Position numbers and translations under genes: made by a program. The notes under the pieces are model-generated. The model saw nothing but the letters and a program-made list of their open reading frames with translations, made no database searches and was not told the origin of the DNA. A DNA stretch of 63,190 nucleotides, counting the filler, from Intoshia linei (taxonomy: Eukaryota; Animalia; Orthonectida): assembly GCA_001642005.1 (NCBI GenBank). It is 7 parts of 7 records of this genome, joined end to end, with 100 filler letters (N's around TTAATTAATTAA, not from the genome) between each part and the next. Parts side by side here need not be neighbours in the genome. Positions count along the whole stretch, not along the records: positions 10,086 to 40,189 come from LWCA01000378.1; 6 more parts are not named here. The stretch is one strand, 5' to 3'. Every line of letters starts with the position of its first letter. Positions within the stretch are counted from its first letter, which is position 1. Below, in pieces: positions 10,847 to 23,531 of the stretch.

Positions 10847-13800
10847 TCAAACTTGGTTTATTACAAAATTGTCTTCATTTTCATAATAATTTAAATTTGA
10901 ATCTTCATCATCAAAATCAAAATTTACAAAATTTGAATTGCAACCAATCGTTTGATAATCAACATTATAATCAAAAAGTTGACAATTTTTTTCTAAAATG
11001 ATTAATACAGTGATTCCCAAAATGGTCCACATGAGAAATATTAAATAATATGAATATATTATGTGAAGTTTTACTGAATAACGTAAATAATTTTCATATT
11101 CGCTAAATTTAACTTAGTTCCATAATAGTTCCCAGACAAAACCTATAAAGCTCGTGATCGTCCGAAAATGAAAAATATCGCTTACCACCTCTATAAGGCT
11201 CTTTAGATGACATTTTAAATTTACTACACAACATGGTTATGATATTCAAGAATATAATTTTTTAATTTCTTCGAAGAGAGATTTCGAGTACGGTAGGTTA
11301 CGATACTGGTAGTTCTCAATACGTTGGTTTGAAATAAATAATTATATAATATTAATATTATAATATATGCTTTAAGTTTTGGCTTTAAAATAATTTAAAA
11401 AAGTTGACAACCATTTTAATGCGGGCGCCCTAATATATGTATACCAAAAATTACTATTAATCACATGTTGGAAATTTAGTTCATAATCAAATTTTGCACT
11501 GCATGAACAATTAAAAAATGAAAATTTTTTTGAAAAGTATTTCTAGAAAGCATTTCAAAAACAAAATCCAATGTACTAAAAATTTATTATAAATACCTGA
11601 TTTTCGTTGATTTTTTTGAAATTAGCAGGTTGAAATTGGTAATACTTTTTTTTATGCAGTCCATCATTAGATATGGATACTGCTCTTGTCACAATCATTA
11701 ACCTGTACAGTTCAATATTCATCAACTAAAAACAAAACAATCTGTTTTACATATATTTCGTTTTTATGATGTACATTGTACAATCAATAACAGTGTTTCT
11801 CAATCTTTTGTGTTAGGCGTAACCCTAAAATAAAACTTTTTTCATTAATAATTTACAGTGAGTTTTCCAATACAAATGACTAAATATGTAGTTGTAAATA
11901 AGCGAAAATATTAAAAAAAACTTATTCGAACTTAATTTAATAGACAAGTTTAATTTTCGGACCTAAATTTAAATATATATTATACACTGTATATTAGGTG
12001 TTGGTTTTTGAAAAAAATGTAAAAACATTTACACTTTTTTAATTTTAATTTTTTACGCGAGCAAATTTCTTTTTCTAAATTTTGACTAATTTTATCACTC
12101 TTATTATTATTTTATTGATTTTTAAGAATTGAGTTTTTAATAGGCACACTTTTATCCATATTCAAAAGACAATAGTTTATGTGTCCTTCATTACAAAATT
12201 TTTTATATAACCGCTTTTTTCTTGCGGACCCCATTTGAGAAACACTGATCAATAATATAAATAATACAATTTACATCCCAGTTTTGAGCTAGATTATCGA
12301 CCCAGGATAACACGTTACTAGTGTAATTGAGGTATTTTATATTATCAGAAAAATTGATAAAGTTTTTATACAGAATGCTAGTTATAAATTGGTCTGATAA
12401 CGCCAAATCTTGAATGTATAAATCCGGTTCGTATTCTAAAACTTTTCTGCCATACGGTTCTAAAAATTTGTTTAAATTGTTATCGACAAATTGGCATGTA
12501 CCTAAAATAAATCAATATAATTAATCAAATTTATATTATCCTACGCTTTGAATAGAGAATTCTGCCAATTATATGCCAAAGTTGAAGTTTCTCCTGAGTA
12601 TGATTATTTTCAAGATTTTCAAAATTTTCATTAATTGATGAATTTATTTTACTTTTGCAATTAAACTCTAGTAAATTTATGGCCTTTCTCAAATCACCGT
12701 TTGAATCATTCACAATGTTGTTTATCAATTGTAAACTGAGTGGTATCTATTTTATCAAATTATTACTCCTGTCAAGATTGCAAAAATAATTCGATTTAAA
12801 AAAATCGACTTATGTCAACTGTTACGCAAAATTTAGATTACATTAAATGATCATTGATCACCTTTGATGATTTATATTTTATATTCATAAATTTCAATCA
12901 ATATAAAAACCTTGCAATCGTTTAGAATTCGTTTCAAAGTTTTTTTCATACTTGTAAATGGAAAAGGATTAAGACTAATTAAAAATTATTGTTCACATAA
13001 TCATATCTTATTATACCTTATCCTGCTGACATCAGGTAAATCGATCAAAAAGGTGGATTTATTAAAGCACAATGAATTTGTAAGGACAAATAAAATTTTA
13101 AAATTATCAACATTTTTGTAGGTTTGTCGCACTCCCCTAATTTTTATAATATAAATATTTCTTTTTGATACATGTATCTATCAACTGGACAAATTTAGCA
13201 GACTAATAATTACAAACCTGACTGAAACAATACATGATACAAACATGACTGAAATAACATGCAAAAATTTAATTTTAATCACAAATTTATAGATAAACCA
13301 CCTTTTTAATTACCTTAAAATATCGATAAATAAATTGCGACGACTTTCAAAATAATTTTTGGTATTCTAAATTTTTAAATAAAATGTAATTAAAAAATCT
13401 TGAAATTAAATGAAATTAAAAAACCTTGAATAAAAGTAAAGATCGACGATGATTAAATTCTGTACAAGACGCAAAAGTTATGGAAGACTCAATCCAATCA
13501 AGAATTTTTAATTTATATGAATTTAAATTCTTTAGATCTTCATTATTATAGTAATTGAATTCAGTGAAAAGTTTAATTTGCGTTTCTTTCGAGTTTAATT
13601 TTATCATCGCAAATTTTCCACAACCTGATGGACCTTCCAGAACTGCAAATTGATTTTTCTATGTGTAAAATATGATGAATCATATTTCATAAATGTACAA
13701 TTAAAGATATAATAATTGTATATGGTAGGTTAAAATATGGATTAAATGAAATCCATAATTTTAGTACTATACTGTTTTAAACAATTCATACCTCTTCACA

Positions 13801-14559
13801 TAACCATGATTTAAATTCTTGAACCTTTTTTTTGTTGACTACCAAATCTTGCTAAACGCACATAAGACTTATGATAAGTAGATATTTTTTTCATAAAATC
13901 CGACTACTGATTAGACTCAAATCAGACTAACATTATAGAACAGTGCTTCTCATGGGGTTAATAATTTTATAAGGAGGGAATAATAAATTTTTAGCATATT
14001 TCATTCAATCATTCATTCTAATATAGATTTAGTAAAATCGTATGAGAAAAAACCACAACTTTATCAATATTTTTTTAAAAAATCCAATTTTACCAACATT
14101 GAAAAAAATAAAATGTTCAAAACTGTAATTGCTTTTCCCGGGGTTTTTTTAAAAAATTGAGAAAAGGTATTGCAATTCCTCGTTGGGTTGTAGGGTGTAC
14201 TTTTATATAGAAATTTTTGAACATTGTTACTGTACAATGTACATTTTTATTTTAATTAATTTATCCATTTAATTATATCATTTTTATCTTATATTTTAAG
14301 ATAACAAAGTAAACCAAATACGTAATATGTGTAAATGTATAAATAAATATATATAAGTTTTGAATAACTTAACGAATTATCTAAATAAAAACATTTAAAT
14401 TACCTCTCTTCGCGGTTCATACACATTTGACCACATGCAGGAATTATCTTCATTTGAATATAGGTGACTAGAGTTTTCCTTCACAATTTCGGTCAATTTT
14501 AATAAATTTTGAGACTAAATACTCTACAAACCAAAAATATAGTTTTATACAAATTTCAT
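10847..14559 (-). CDS. RAD17: Checkpoint clamp-loader subunit RAD17, multi-exon (start approximate)
   Basis: WSNVYEPRRE|QDLVVNKKKVQEFKSWL|..VLEGPSGCGKF.., NPFPFTSMKKTLKRI, SNGDLRKAINLLEF, LQLWHIIGRILYSKR, LMIVTRAVSISN, acidic C-terminal tail; colinear with RAD17. Confidence 0.88.
11791..12247. mobile_element. hAT MITE in RAD17 intron
   Basis: TIR CAGTGTTTCTCAA / TTGAGAAACACTG; perfect TSD ATCAATAA. Confidence 0.88.
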
Positions 14560-15299
14560 CAAAATATCCGTAATTGCATCATTAATTTCAAAGATTAGTT
14601 TATTTATTACCAACTTGACTGTATAAAATAAACAGTAAGGTGTCTTTTTTTATTAGAAAAACCCATTTGCATGTGGATGCCTTTTTTGATTTTAAGCATT
14701 TATCACCCAAAAAATTAAATCGGTTAATATTTACCCCCTTAATAATAATTATTATAATTTTAATTATTGAAATTTATACAAAAATGTTATGATACATTTA
14801 AAATGTAACTTTATTTTATATAATGATATTAAATATAATTTTATCGCAGTGATTATTAATCAGCTTTAATTTTGTTTTTATGGATAATTATGATGGTAAT
14901 TCTTAAATGACTTAAATGGGGAGGTGTAGTGCAATAACAGCATATCTTTATTTAATACTCCATTATTGTTATCGCACTAGAACATACACTCAAGATTATT
15001 TTAAACTTGTGATTAAACTTATAAACATTACAGAGATAAAAGACATATACTCATTCTTAACGAAGGGTTATACTAAAAGTCGGTGTGGGGTAACTTCATA
15101 AGGATACCATGATAAACTTTATCATTAATAATAATAACATTAACGGCCAAAACCAAATTAGATAATCTGTTTTGAAAACCTCAAATTTTTTTAAAATTTT
15201 ATTGAGAAAATTTATTAATGGTTGATTTTTATCAAAAAAAATTTAAATATTTTCCCAATATCACTAATTTTTGTAAAAATAACCCTGATGTTAATATTA

Positions 15300-15978
15300 A
15301 TTGTGATAAATTTATTACTGAAATAAAAATTGTTCAACAAGATTTCAACAAAAGATTCAGTGATTTTCAGAAAATAAAAGACAATATTTAATTAATCATT
15401 TCAAATCTGACTTAAATACAAGTTATATTTCAAAAAAAATCAGTTATTTAATTTTTGATTGATATGAAACAGAATTGTAAATTGTATCATTGAAATCTAA
15501 TCTATTTTTAAGGGTTCATTCTATGGATAACGATTTCTGGAAATATGTATCCAAAGAGAAATACAATATAATAAAGATGTGTTCAGAATATGTTTAATCA
15601 TCTTTCGGTTCGACATACTTATGCGAATCAACGTTTTCTGTAATGAACTCAATAAAATCGAAAAATGGGTCGTCCCTTACTGATAAAAACTTGGAAAATT
15701 TAATGAAATTATCTTTGTCAAATTACACTCCTAATATTAATAAACTAGTAAATGACACAAAAATATCATTAATGATTAAAAGTAAATATTTCAACTAATT
15801 ATTAACTAATATATATATTTTAGTAATGCAACGAAAAATTTGGATTTTTTAAACTATGAAGTGTATTTAATTTATATAATAAAATTTTACTATTTTTTAA
15901 TTTATATTATTATGTCATATTTACTAGTATTTCAAAAAATATAAAGTCGATCTTTAAAAAATCAAGTTGACCAGCCCT
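15300..15978 (+). mobile_element. hAT (Charlie/SPIN-like) transposase C-terminal remnant with right TIR; second 3' end copy at 16566-16820
   Basis: QQDFNKRFSDF...DFWKYVSKEKY...FGSTYLCESTFSVMNSIKSK..SSLTDKNLENLMKL (hAT dimerisation domain), with stops; end GTTGACCAGCCCTG. Confidence 0.85.
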
Positions 15979-17916
15979 GGTGTATAGTAATTTACCATAT
16001 ATTATTTAAAAACTCATATTTCCATTTTATAAAAAAAATATGAAAGAAATATGGCCATTTCATAATTTTTATTTAAAAAAATTAAATTTCATTAACAATG
16101 ATGTTCCTATGGGGAAAATTCCACATTAACGGAATTTCCAAATTTTTAATTCAGTAGGATGGACTTAGATTGTATAATGAATTTTGTTTTTTATGAAATT
16201 TTATACAATTGATAATAAAAAATAAAAATAGTTTTTGTAGCACCCGGTTAATAAACGTTGTGTTAATTGACATTTGTTATTTCTTGATATAACCCGCGAA
16301 TTTTTCAATATCAAACTTATGCGACCAAAATTGTAGTTATTCCTTATATTAAAATGTTGAATAAACGAAAAGTACACGAAGTACAGTTTTTTAGGTATAT
16401 TTTTTAATTTGAACTAGAAATGTGTCTTATTTACATAATTCTAAATTTTAATACGAATATGTAGAAAGCAATTATTTTAGACACTAAATCTTAGAGTGGT
16501 AAACTTACTGCCTAGTTCAATGTTCTTAACATTCGTGTGTGAAATACATTGATACACATACAATNACACAAAAATATCATTAATGATTAAAAGTAAATAT
16601 TTCAACTAATTATTAACTAATATATATATTTTAGTAATGCAACGAAAAATTTGGATTTTTTAAACTATGAAGTGTATTTAATTTATATAATAAAATTTTA
16701 CTATTTTTTAATTTATATTATTGTCTTATTACATACTACTTATTAAATTTCAGTATAGTCGATCACTAGTATTTCAAAAAATATAAAGTCGATCTCTAAA
16801 AAATCAAGTTGGCCAGCCCTGCTATATGGTATAAAATTTATACTCGATGGTATACATTTTATCTTGGATAGTTTACTTTGCACGTTTTAGGAAATTTTAA
16901 TTGCATACATACATTTACAAAAACTTATAAATATCGTTAAATCTGTTCTTAAAAATGGCTTCAGGTTATTGAGATGCGAATTAATTATTTACATTAATTG
17001 TTAATAAATATTTATGTAAATTTAGAGTTAATTATTTTATTATAAAAATACTCCACTGTGTTTCAACCAAAAAGTTCAAAAAAATAATATATAAATGTTA
17101 GTTACGATGAGTTATATTTTATTCAAAACTTTAAAGGCACAACCCAAGGTTTTTTTTAAATTTAATTTATTAATAATAATAAAGAGGATTTAAAATAACA
17201 GTACTTAAATAGATGCTTAATTCTCGTTATATATCTAAAAACTATTTAATTAATTAATTAATCAACGAAAAAAATTAACTTTTATATCATTATATATTTT
17301 GTCGTACAGATATAAGATTTTGAAATAGAAAATTATCATAATAGTGATGAATGTAATATCTCTATCAGATTGTGTATTAATTTTTATAATTCTAGAATAG
17401 GTTTGAATTTAAAAAAAAAGGACAATTAGATTTTTGACCTTGAATGACTCAATTTCTGAAAATCAACTTTGCGATAAAACAACACTCTCGAAAAACTGTC
17501 ATAGAAATGTGGAATTATTATAACTCGACTCCTCTCACTTTTTTAAATAAACTAGAACAGACCAACAGACAAATAGACATACACTTTTAAATCAAATTAG
17601 TTTATAGAAGTGAAGATTTATTTAGAGAAATTAATAATTTTAAATTAAGAAAAATATAAAAAATTCACAAAATGTATTTAACATTTATTCGTTTTATTGT
17701 AGTCAACATATATTAAAAAAAGTAGACCATTGAAATTTTTGGGAAAAGTTATGATGGAACCCATTAATTTTAAAAAAATAATTGTTTTTAATTACACACA
17801 CATCGTAAGTAAACATATACATGACACGGACACGAAAAAAACAAGTTTTGTTTATTAGAGGAGTAAATTGTGTATTAGTATCTAGCACTGCAAATAAAAT
17901 ATACTATAAACTAAAC

Positions 17917-20900
17917 ATGAAAATATTATACCTTGCAATTTTATTAAACCGAGGTAAAATAATTATGAAAATATTCAATAAATTGTAGTTTTAAGTGAAG
18001 TAATTGGTGGAATTCGATTAACTGGAGGCCTAAGCGAAAGAGAAGGACGAGTTGAAATTTTTATAGATGGCGTTTGGGGAACAATCTGTGACGATGACTG
18101 GGGTACTAAAGAAGCTGCAGTCGTGTGCAGAATGTTGGGATATGAGTATTATGTATAATTTGTATGTGACATTATATATTTTAGAGGACTAACGAGAATT
18201 TTGAAAGATAGTAATACTTTATACGGGCTAGCAGCAGGCCAAATCTGGTTGGATAATGTAAATTGCGACGGAAATGAATTTTCACTAAGTCATTGTCTGC
18301 ATCAAGGGTATGGTGTAACGAATTGTAGTCATGACGAAGATGTTTCTGTTGTGTGCATTGGGGATTCGAGAAAACCGGACACTCCAGATCCAATTGATAT
18401 TTTTACCACTGCTTCACCCGAGGATGGAAATTGTAATTAGTTTTCAAAATTTTTATATAATTGAAAATAATAATTTTAAGATAATTATTAAAATTTCTTT
18501 TGACAAACATGCAATCATGATTTTTTGTGAGGATTGTTTTTGACAATACAGGAATGATTGTAAATATTTTTTCTAGGCCTACCAAAAAGTGACATAAAAA
18601 TAATTGGATTAAACACAAATTCTATTGGACGAGTAATGGTGAAAATAAAAGATAAATGGGGGTCAGTATGTGACGATTCTTTTGGTTTTAATGAAGCAAA
18701 AGTCGTATGTCGAATGATGTGTTTAAGGTAACATTTTATAAAATTTTAATTACACGTATATTTGATAAAGTACCGTAAATGCTAAAGCCATTGTCTCATC
18801 AGCATTCGGAAATATGACTGAGCCTATTTTTCTCGATGACGTCAAATGCAAGGGAGACGAAAGTAGTTTATTAGATTGTACTTCAAACAAAGAAAAACAT
18901 GATTGTCATTTAAATGAACCAGCCATTGTTTCTTGTCAAAATACACCAATTGCTTTAACAAGTACTTTAATGTAAAACGTATTAATTTTCAATATATTAG
19001 TACCTAAACCAGAAATAATTTGCGAAAATAACAGAATTGTCGCAAAATTTAAAAAATCACAAGATTCTAGGTTACGCCCAGATCATCTTACGGTTTACAA
19101 TAGAACAGAAAATTGCAATTTCGAAACAATGATGGATGGAAATTTTGTATACATGTATGTGCCTATTGACTCGTGTAATACTTATAAATTGGTATGTACC
19201 TTTTTATTAGATAATAACTCGGATTTGGGTAAGTTGTTAACCAAAATTTAAATAAATCTCAAAATAATACTAACAAAGTTATAATTAAGTTGATTCTAAA
19301 CTTTGAAAGTTTTTGTAAATGACAAATTGCATAGCAATGATAAAAAACAGACAATCGATTTATGAAATTTCCACCCATATTTATTTATTGATAATGTGTG
19401 GACGTTCAATGCACATTTTTTTTTAAATTGTTATGTTTAAATATTTACATTTTAATTTTTATCTTAATCGAAATATTTGAAAAATAATGGTTGATAATAT
19501 ATTTATAATTATTTTTAATAACCGGGAATGCGTAGATTTCTGGGGTTGAAATTTTGCATTTATATCAACTGGAATACGCTGTATCAGAATTATTTTTTTT
19601 TGTGATTATTGGACCGTTAATTATTTCAAATTTTTATTTTTAATAAAATATTTCGAAAAAAAATTATATGAATAGTAAAATGCTTTTTTGACCGTGAAGT
19701 CACTTTGTCAGATTAAATTTTTTGTGTGTGTCAGCTGGATATATTTGTATTAATTTTAAATTTTTTTATAATTTTCATTCAAGACTATTTTCATTTTTTT
19801 AAAAAATGGTAATCTGGCGTTTTGATCGTGGATGCCACTTTTTTGGGTTTGTGATTATGATTTAAAAATCTATCCTACAATTTATGTTGTATAAAATTCT
19901 AGGAATTTTTTCATTTTTAAACAAAGGGTAATTTGTGGTTTTGGCTATAAGACTTTGAAATGGAAATTTATCATAATGATTAATATTTTAAAATCTTTAT
20001 CAAGTTGTGTATTTTTTACCAGTTTTAAAAATAAAAAATATTTGAATGTACATCTATTATTATTATTAATGTATTACTAATAATATGAGTTAATTTTTTT
20101 TCGATAATTTTTGAGAAATTGCAAGCTTTATGTGTGATGACATTTGAAATTACTTAGCATTTCTATATTTTCCAACTACCACATATGAAGTATATAACAG
20201 GCATAGTGTTAACACAAATAAAACTCAAAAAAATAGTATGATTCAAAAGTATTTGGAATCGAAATCATTTTTTTTAAGAATCGAATCGGCGTCGTTGAAA
20301 ATTTAGAAATCGTCGCGTCACTAATATTTAAATAATTTAGAAAACGAATGATTCAATAATCTACAGAAACAAGATAAAGTATAATGTAACCAACAATGAT
20401 AACGTCTTCAGCTACTACCCAGAAATTGAAATAATTTCAATATCATGTAGAATTAGCAGATCTTCCTCACACATGTACAAAATATTTACAGAAAAACACA
20501 ACAATACAGAAACTGAAGCAATGGGAGATTTCCACGTTAGTGTAACATTATGGAATGCCACATCCTTACAACTAATAAAATCATATCCAGCAATAGTTGA
20601 ATTGGGTGAACCAATAAGAGTGGAACTAAGTTTAAATAGCATTGACAGATCCTTAAAAATGAATATCGAGGAATGTTCAGCTAGATCAGTGGAAAACGCT
20701 GAAAAAATTTATTTCATAAAAAACAAGTATAATTTTTAATTGTATAAAAAATGTATATATATTAATTTAGGTGTCCAATTGATAAAAATGTAGTAGTAGA
20801 ATCTCACAGTGACGGCACACAATCCTTTCAAATATATGCATTTCGATTTAGAGATACGAAATCATCATTAGTGTATGTAAATTGTACAGTATATGTATGT

Positions 20901-20948
20901 GACGTCGAGGAAAAATTGGACATGTGCGATAGAACTTGTATATTATGA
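17917..20948 (+). CDS. DMBT1-like secreted protein: signal peptide, 2 SRCR domains, ZP module
   Basis: [31 protein letters not shown]...[12 protein letters not shown]...HDEDVSVVC; second [15 protein letters not shown]...[12 protein letters not shown]; ZP-N ([23 protein letters not shown]) and ZP-C (CPID...AFRF...[10 protein letters not shown]...MCDRTC); TGA 20946-20948; AATAAA 20970-20975. Confidence 0.88.
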
Positions 20949-22520
20949 TGTCATATAATCTGTAGTAGAAATAAATTTAAATTGTACAAAGTTATTGTCT
21001 TGATTGCAAAATTGCATCATAATAATTTGTCTAGAATTATTGGAATCTTGTGGGTCAGTGACATGAGTAATACATTCATCATTATTTGTATTATAAAATG
21101 TATAAAAAGAATATACAAACGTTTGATTTTTATGTGGTGTGCCATTGACGCTAAGACATTTATTCATTTCTAAAAAGTATTTCTTAATGGTTAAACATTG
21201 ACTTCCAAGTTTAATTTGATTTTGTGCGGTATATTCGAATACAACTTTAGGATTATAAGTTTTGAAAACCTTTAAATTGCATGAAATTAAAATCAACTTT
21301 TCATTGAGACAAAGATTTGTTAGACTTACTAAAATTCCAATATGTACAGTGTTTTTCTTTGGCAAAAGAATGTTTTTCAAATGATTGGAGTGATACCAAT
21401 CAAAACTTTTACATTTAAGATTAGATATTATCGAATATTGTGTACCCGTGTAACGAGTATCTTGAAATTTTTTGTGATTTATGGAATAAAATTCATTTTT
21501 AAACGATTTCAATACTGTATTCAATAAAATATTTGCATCATTCGAAATTGTAGTGGTGTACCTCAATTCATGAGTATATGCTGCAACATTTGAACATTTT
21601 GACTGTATTATCCCTTTTCCACATTGCCAAGAACGTAAGGATAATGAAATTTGTGATGCTGCCTGAAAATAAATATTACTATCATATAGTAAATATTGAC
21701 TATTCTTTAACTTTGATGCAATAAACCCATACACGACGCCCGGCATAATTGGTACAGTATGAAAACTATCCTTTTTTTTAACAGAGTATATATTTGAACA
21801 ATCAATACGAATCAAATTAAAACTATTATCAAAAATGAAACATTCATTTCTATTCCTAGGTATAATTTCCATATGCCCAAAACTATCAATATCATGTATG
21901 AATGGAACAACAAAGTCCGATTTATCGCGTGCAATTTCATATAACAAGGATTCAAAAAAAAAATTTAAAATAAAAGCATTACTTTCAATAAAAATCGCAT
22001 ATGTAGATTCAACCAAATCAACAACTAAATTTTTCGCATTCATATTATGAAATTCATCGACAGCAACATACTTTACTTTAAATAAAAGATTTAAATTCAT
22101 AAATTCTACATAATTCTCAGCTTCTAAGTTAATATGATCTAGGTAAGGATTCACGTTGACAATAATAATCTCTTTTATAAATTTAGCATCAACATACTTG
22201 AGTATTGATTCCACAGTCAATTGTAACTTGTAAAAATCATATTCGGTAAAAAAAACGGCAAATGTTACACATTTATGTAAACTAGCATTGTTTTTTATAA
22301 AATTATCAATTTCACTAATATAATTTGGATTACAATCAAAACTTTCATTTACGAAATTTGGATATTCTAAAGCTTCGATGGTATTTGACAAAAAATCTTG
22401 GTTTCTTTTAAGGAAATCTTGACCTTTCCAATGATAAAATTGATATACATTGTTCCATTTCAATAATATCCAAAATAATATTAAAATTAAAACAATTATA
22501 ATACATTTCAGCTTGCGCAT
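20943..22520 (-). CDS. Intronless, degenerate polypeptide GalNAc-transferase-like protein (type II TM, GT-A, ricin lectin)
   Basis: 525-aa ORF with an N-terminal TM; LQLTVESIL...IKEIIIV, VVPFIHDID, SLRSWQCGK, LKCKSFDWY; C-terminal Cys-paired ricin-like repeats. Confidence 0.85.
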   Translation of the reverse strand: MRKLKCIIIVLILILFWILLKWNNVYQFYHWKGQDFLKRNQDFLSNTIEALEYPNFVNESFDCNPNYISEIDNFIKNNASLHKCVTFAVFFTEYDFYKLQLTVESILKYVDAKFIKEIIIVNVNPYLDHINLEAENYVEFMNLNLLFKVKYVAVDEFHNMNAKNLVVDLVESTYAIFIESNAFILNFFFESLLYEIARDKSDFVVPFIHDIDSFGHMEIIPRNRNECFIFDNSFNLIRIDCSNIYSVKKKDSFHTVPIMPGVVYGFIASKLKNSQYLLYDSNIYFQAASQISLSLRSWQCGKGIIQSKCSNVAAYTHELRYTTTISNDANILLNTVLKSFKNEFYSINHKKFQDTRYTGTQYSIISNLKCKSFDWYHSNHLKNILLPKKNTVHIGILVSLTNLCLNEKLILISCNLKVFKTYNPKVVFEYTAQNQIKLGSQCLTIKKYFLEMNKCLSVNGTPHKNQTFVYSFYTFYNTNNDECITHVTDPQDSNNSRQIIMMQFCNQDNNFVQFKFISTTDYMTS

Positions 22521-23531
22521 AATTACGGTTCAATAGTTTTACACATTTTATATTTCTAGGGTTATTTATGGTTTCAATGGTTAAATATAAATATTTTATA
22601 AATTTATACAATTTTTATTACCAATTAAATGTAAATAAAATAAAAAATATAAAAAAACAATTTAATTCAAATTATTCATAATACAATCTTAGAAACAAAC
22701 GAGATGCGTACTTTCCAAATGTTGAAGGGTGCATAATTAACAAAGTATTCAAGCTTTTTTTGAATTTATTTACATTTTTAATAAAATTCTAAAATTTTAA
22801 CATTAGTATAATACATTTTATACATTACAATACATCATACATATATATCATACATACATTACAACATTTTTAATTTTTAGTTTTTCATGAATTTATCAAA
22901 TTTCTAAATCACTTATTTACTATTAATTTTTCTTAAAATTTGTGTAGGTTAATTTAGAAAATAAATTTGACTCATATTTTGTAGGGGTTTTTTAGAAAAT
23001 GAAGTTTTCAAAAAAATTTCAAGGTGATTTTTTATCCCCAATTTCTGAGAGTGTTCGTAGACCAGTGGTTCCCAAACTTTTTCCACCATGGACTCAAATT
23101 TCTGAATCAATTCTATTGTCAATTATTTTTTTCTTAAAATTTATGTGGGTTGTTAACAAAATATATTTCAACTAATGTTGGATTTTTTTAAAAATTGATT
23201 TTACCACAAATTTTTTACTTGGTTTCGTAAAAAACTGTTTTTTTAACTCAAATTTTAGGTTGTTTAAAAATTGAATTATTTTAAATTTTATGAGTTTTTA
23301 TATAAAATTTAGTTTTCTACACATTTTGAAGATAATTTGCAGCTTTCATATACTTTACTAAAGATTTTCAGTTAGAACCCAACACACATAAAATTTTTAA
23401 TTGCTTCTAGTGTGTCCGAATGGAAAAAAGTTGAGAATAGATGTGTCACGAAAATTTCATAATAAAAATTTGTGGAAGTGAAATTTGTTGGAAAGCACAC
23501 AGAAAATTGATGTAAATAAAAACATAAATTA

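Noticed and set aside
16565-16820. Direct repeat of ~15755-15978 suggesting LTRs
   Set aside because: Both are hAT right ends with TIRs; the second follows a single-N junction; no LTR hallmarks.
22690-22760. RNKRDA furin-like peptide as a possible further ZP exon
   Set aside because: The only nearby donor (20938, phase 1) would create TAA at this acceptor; could be TE-derived.
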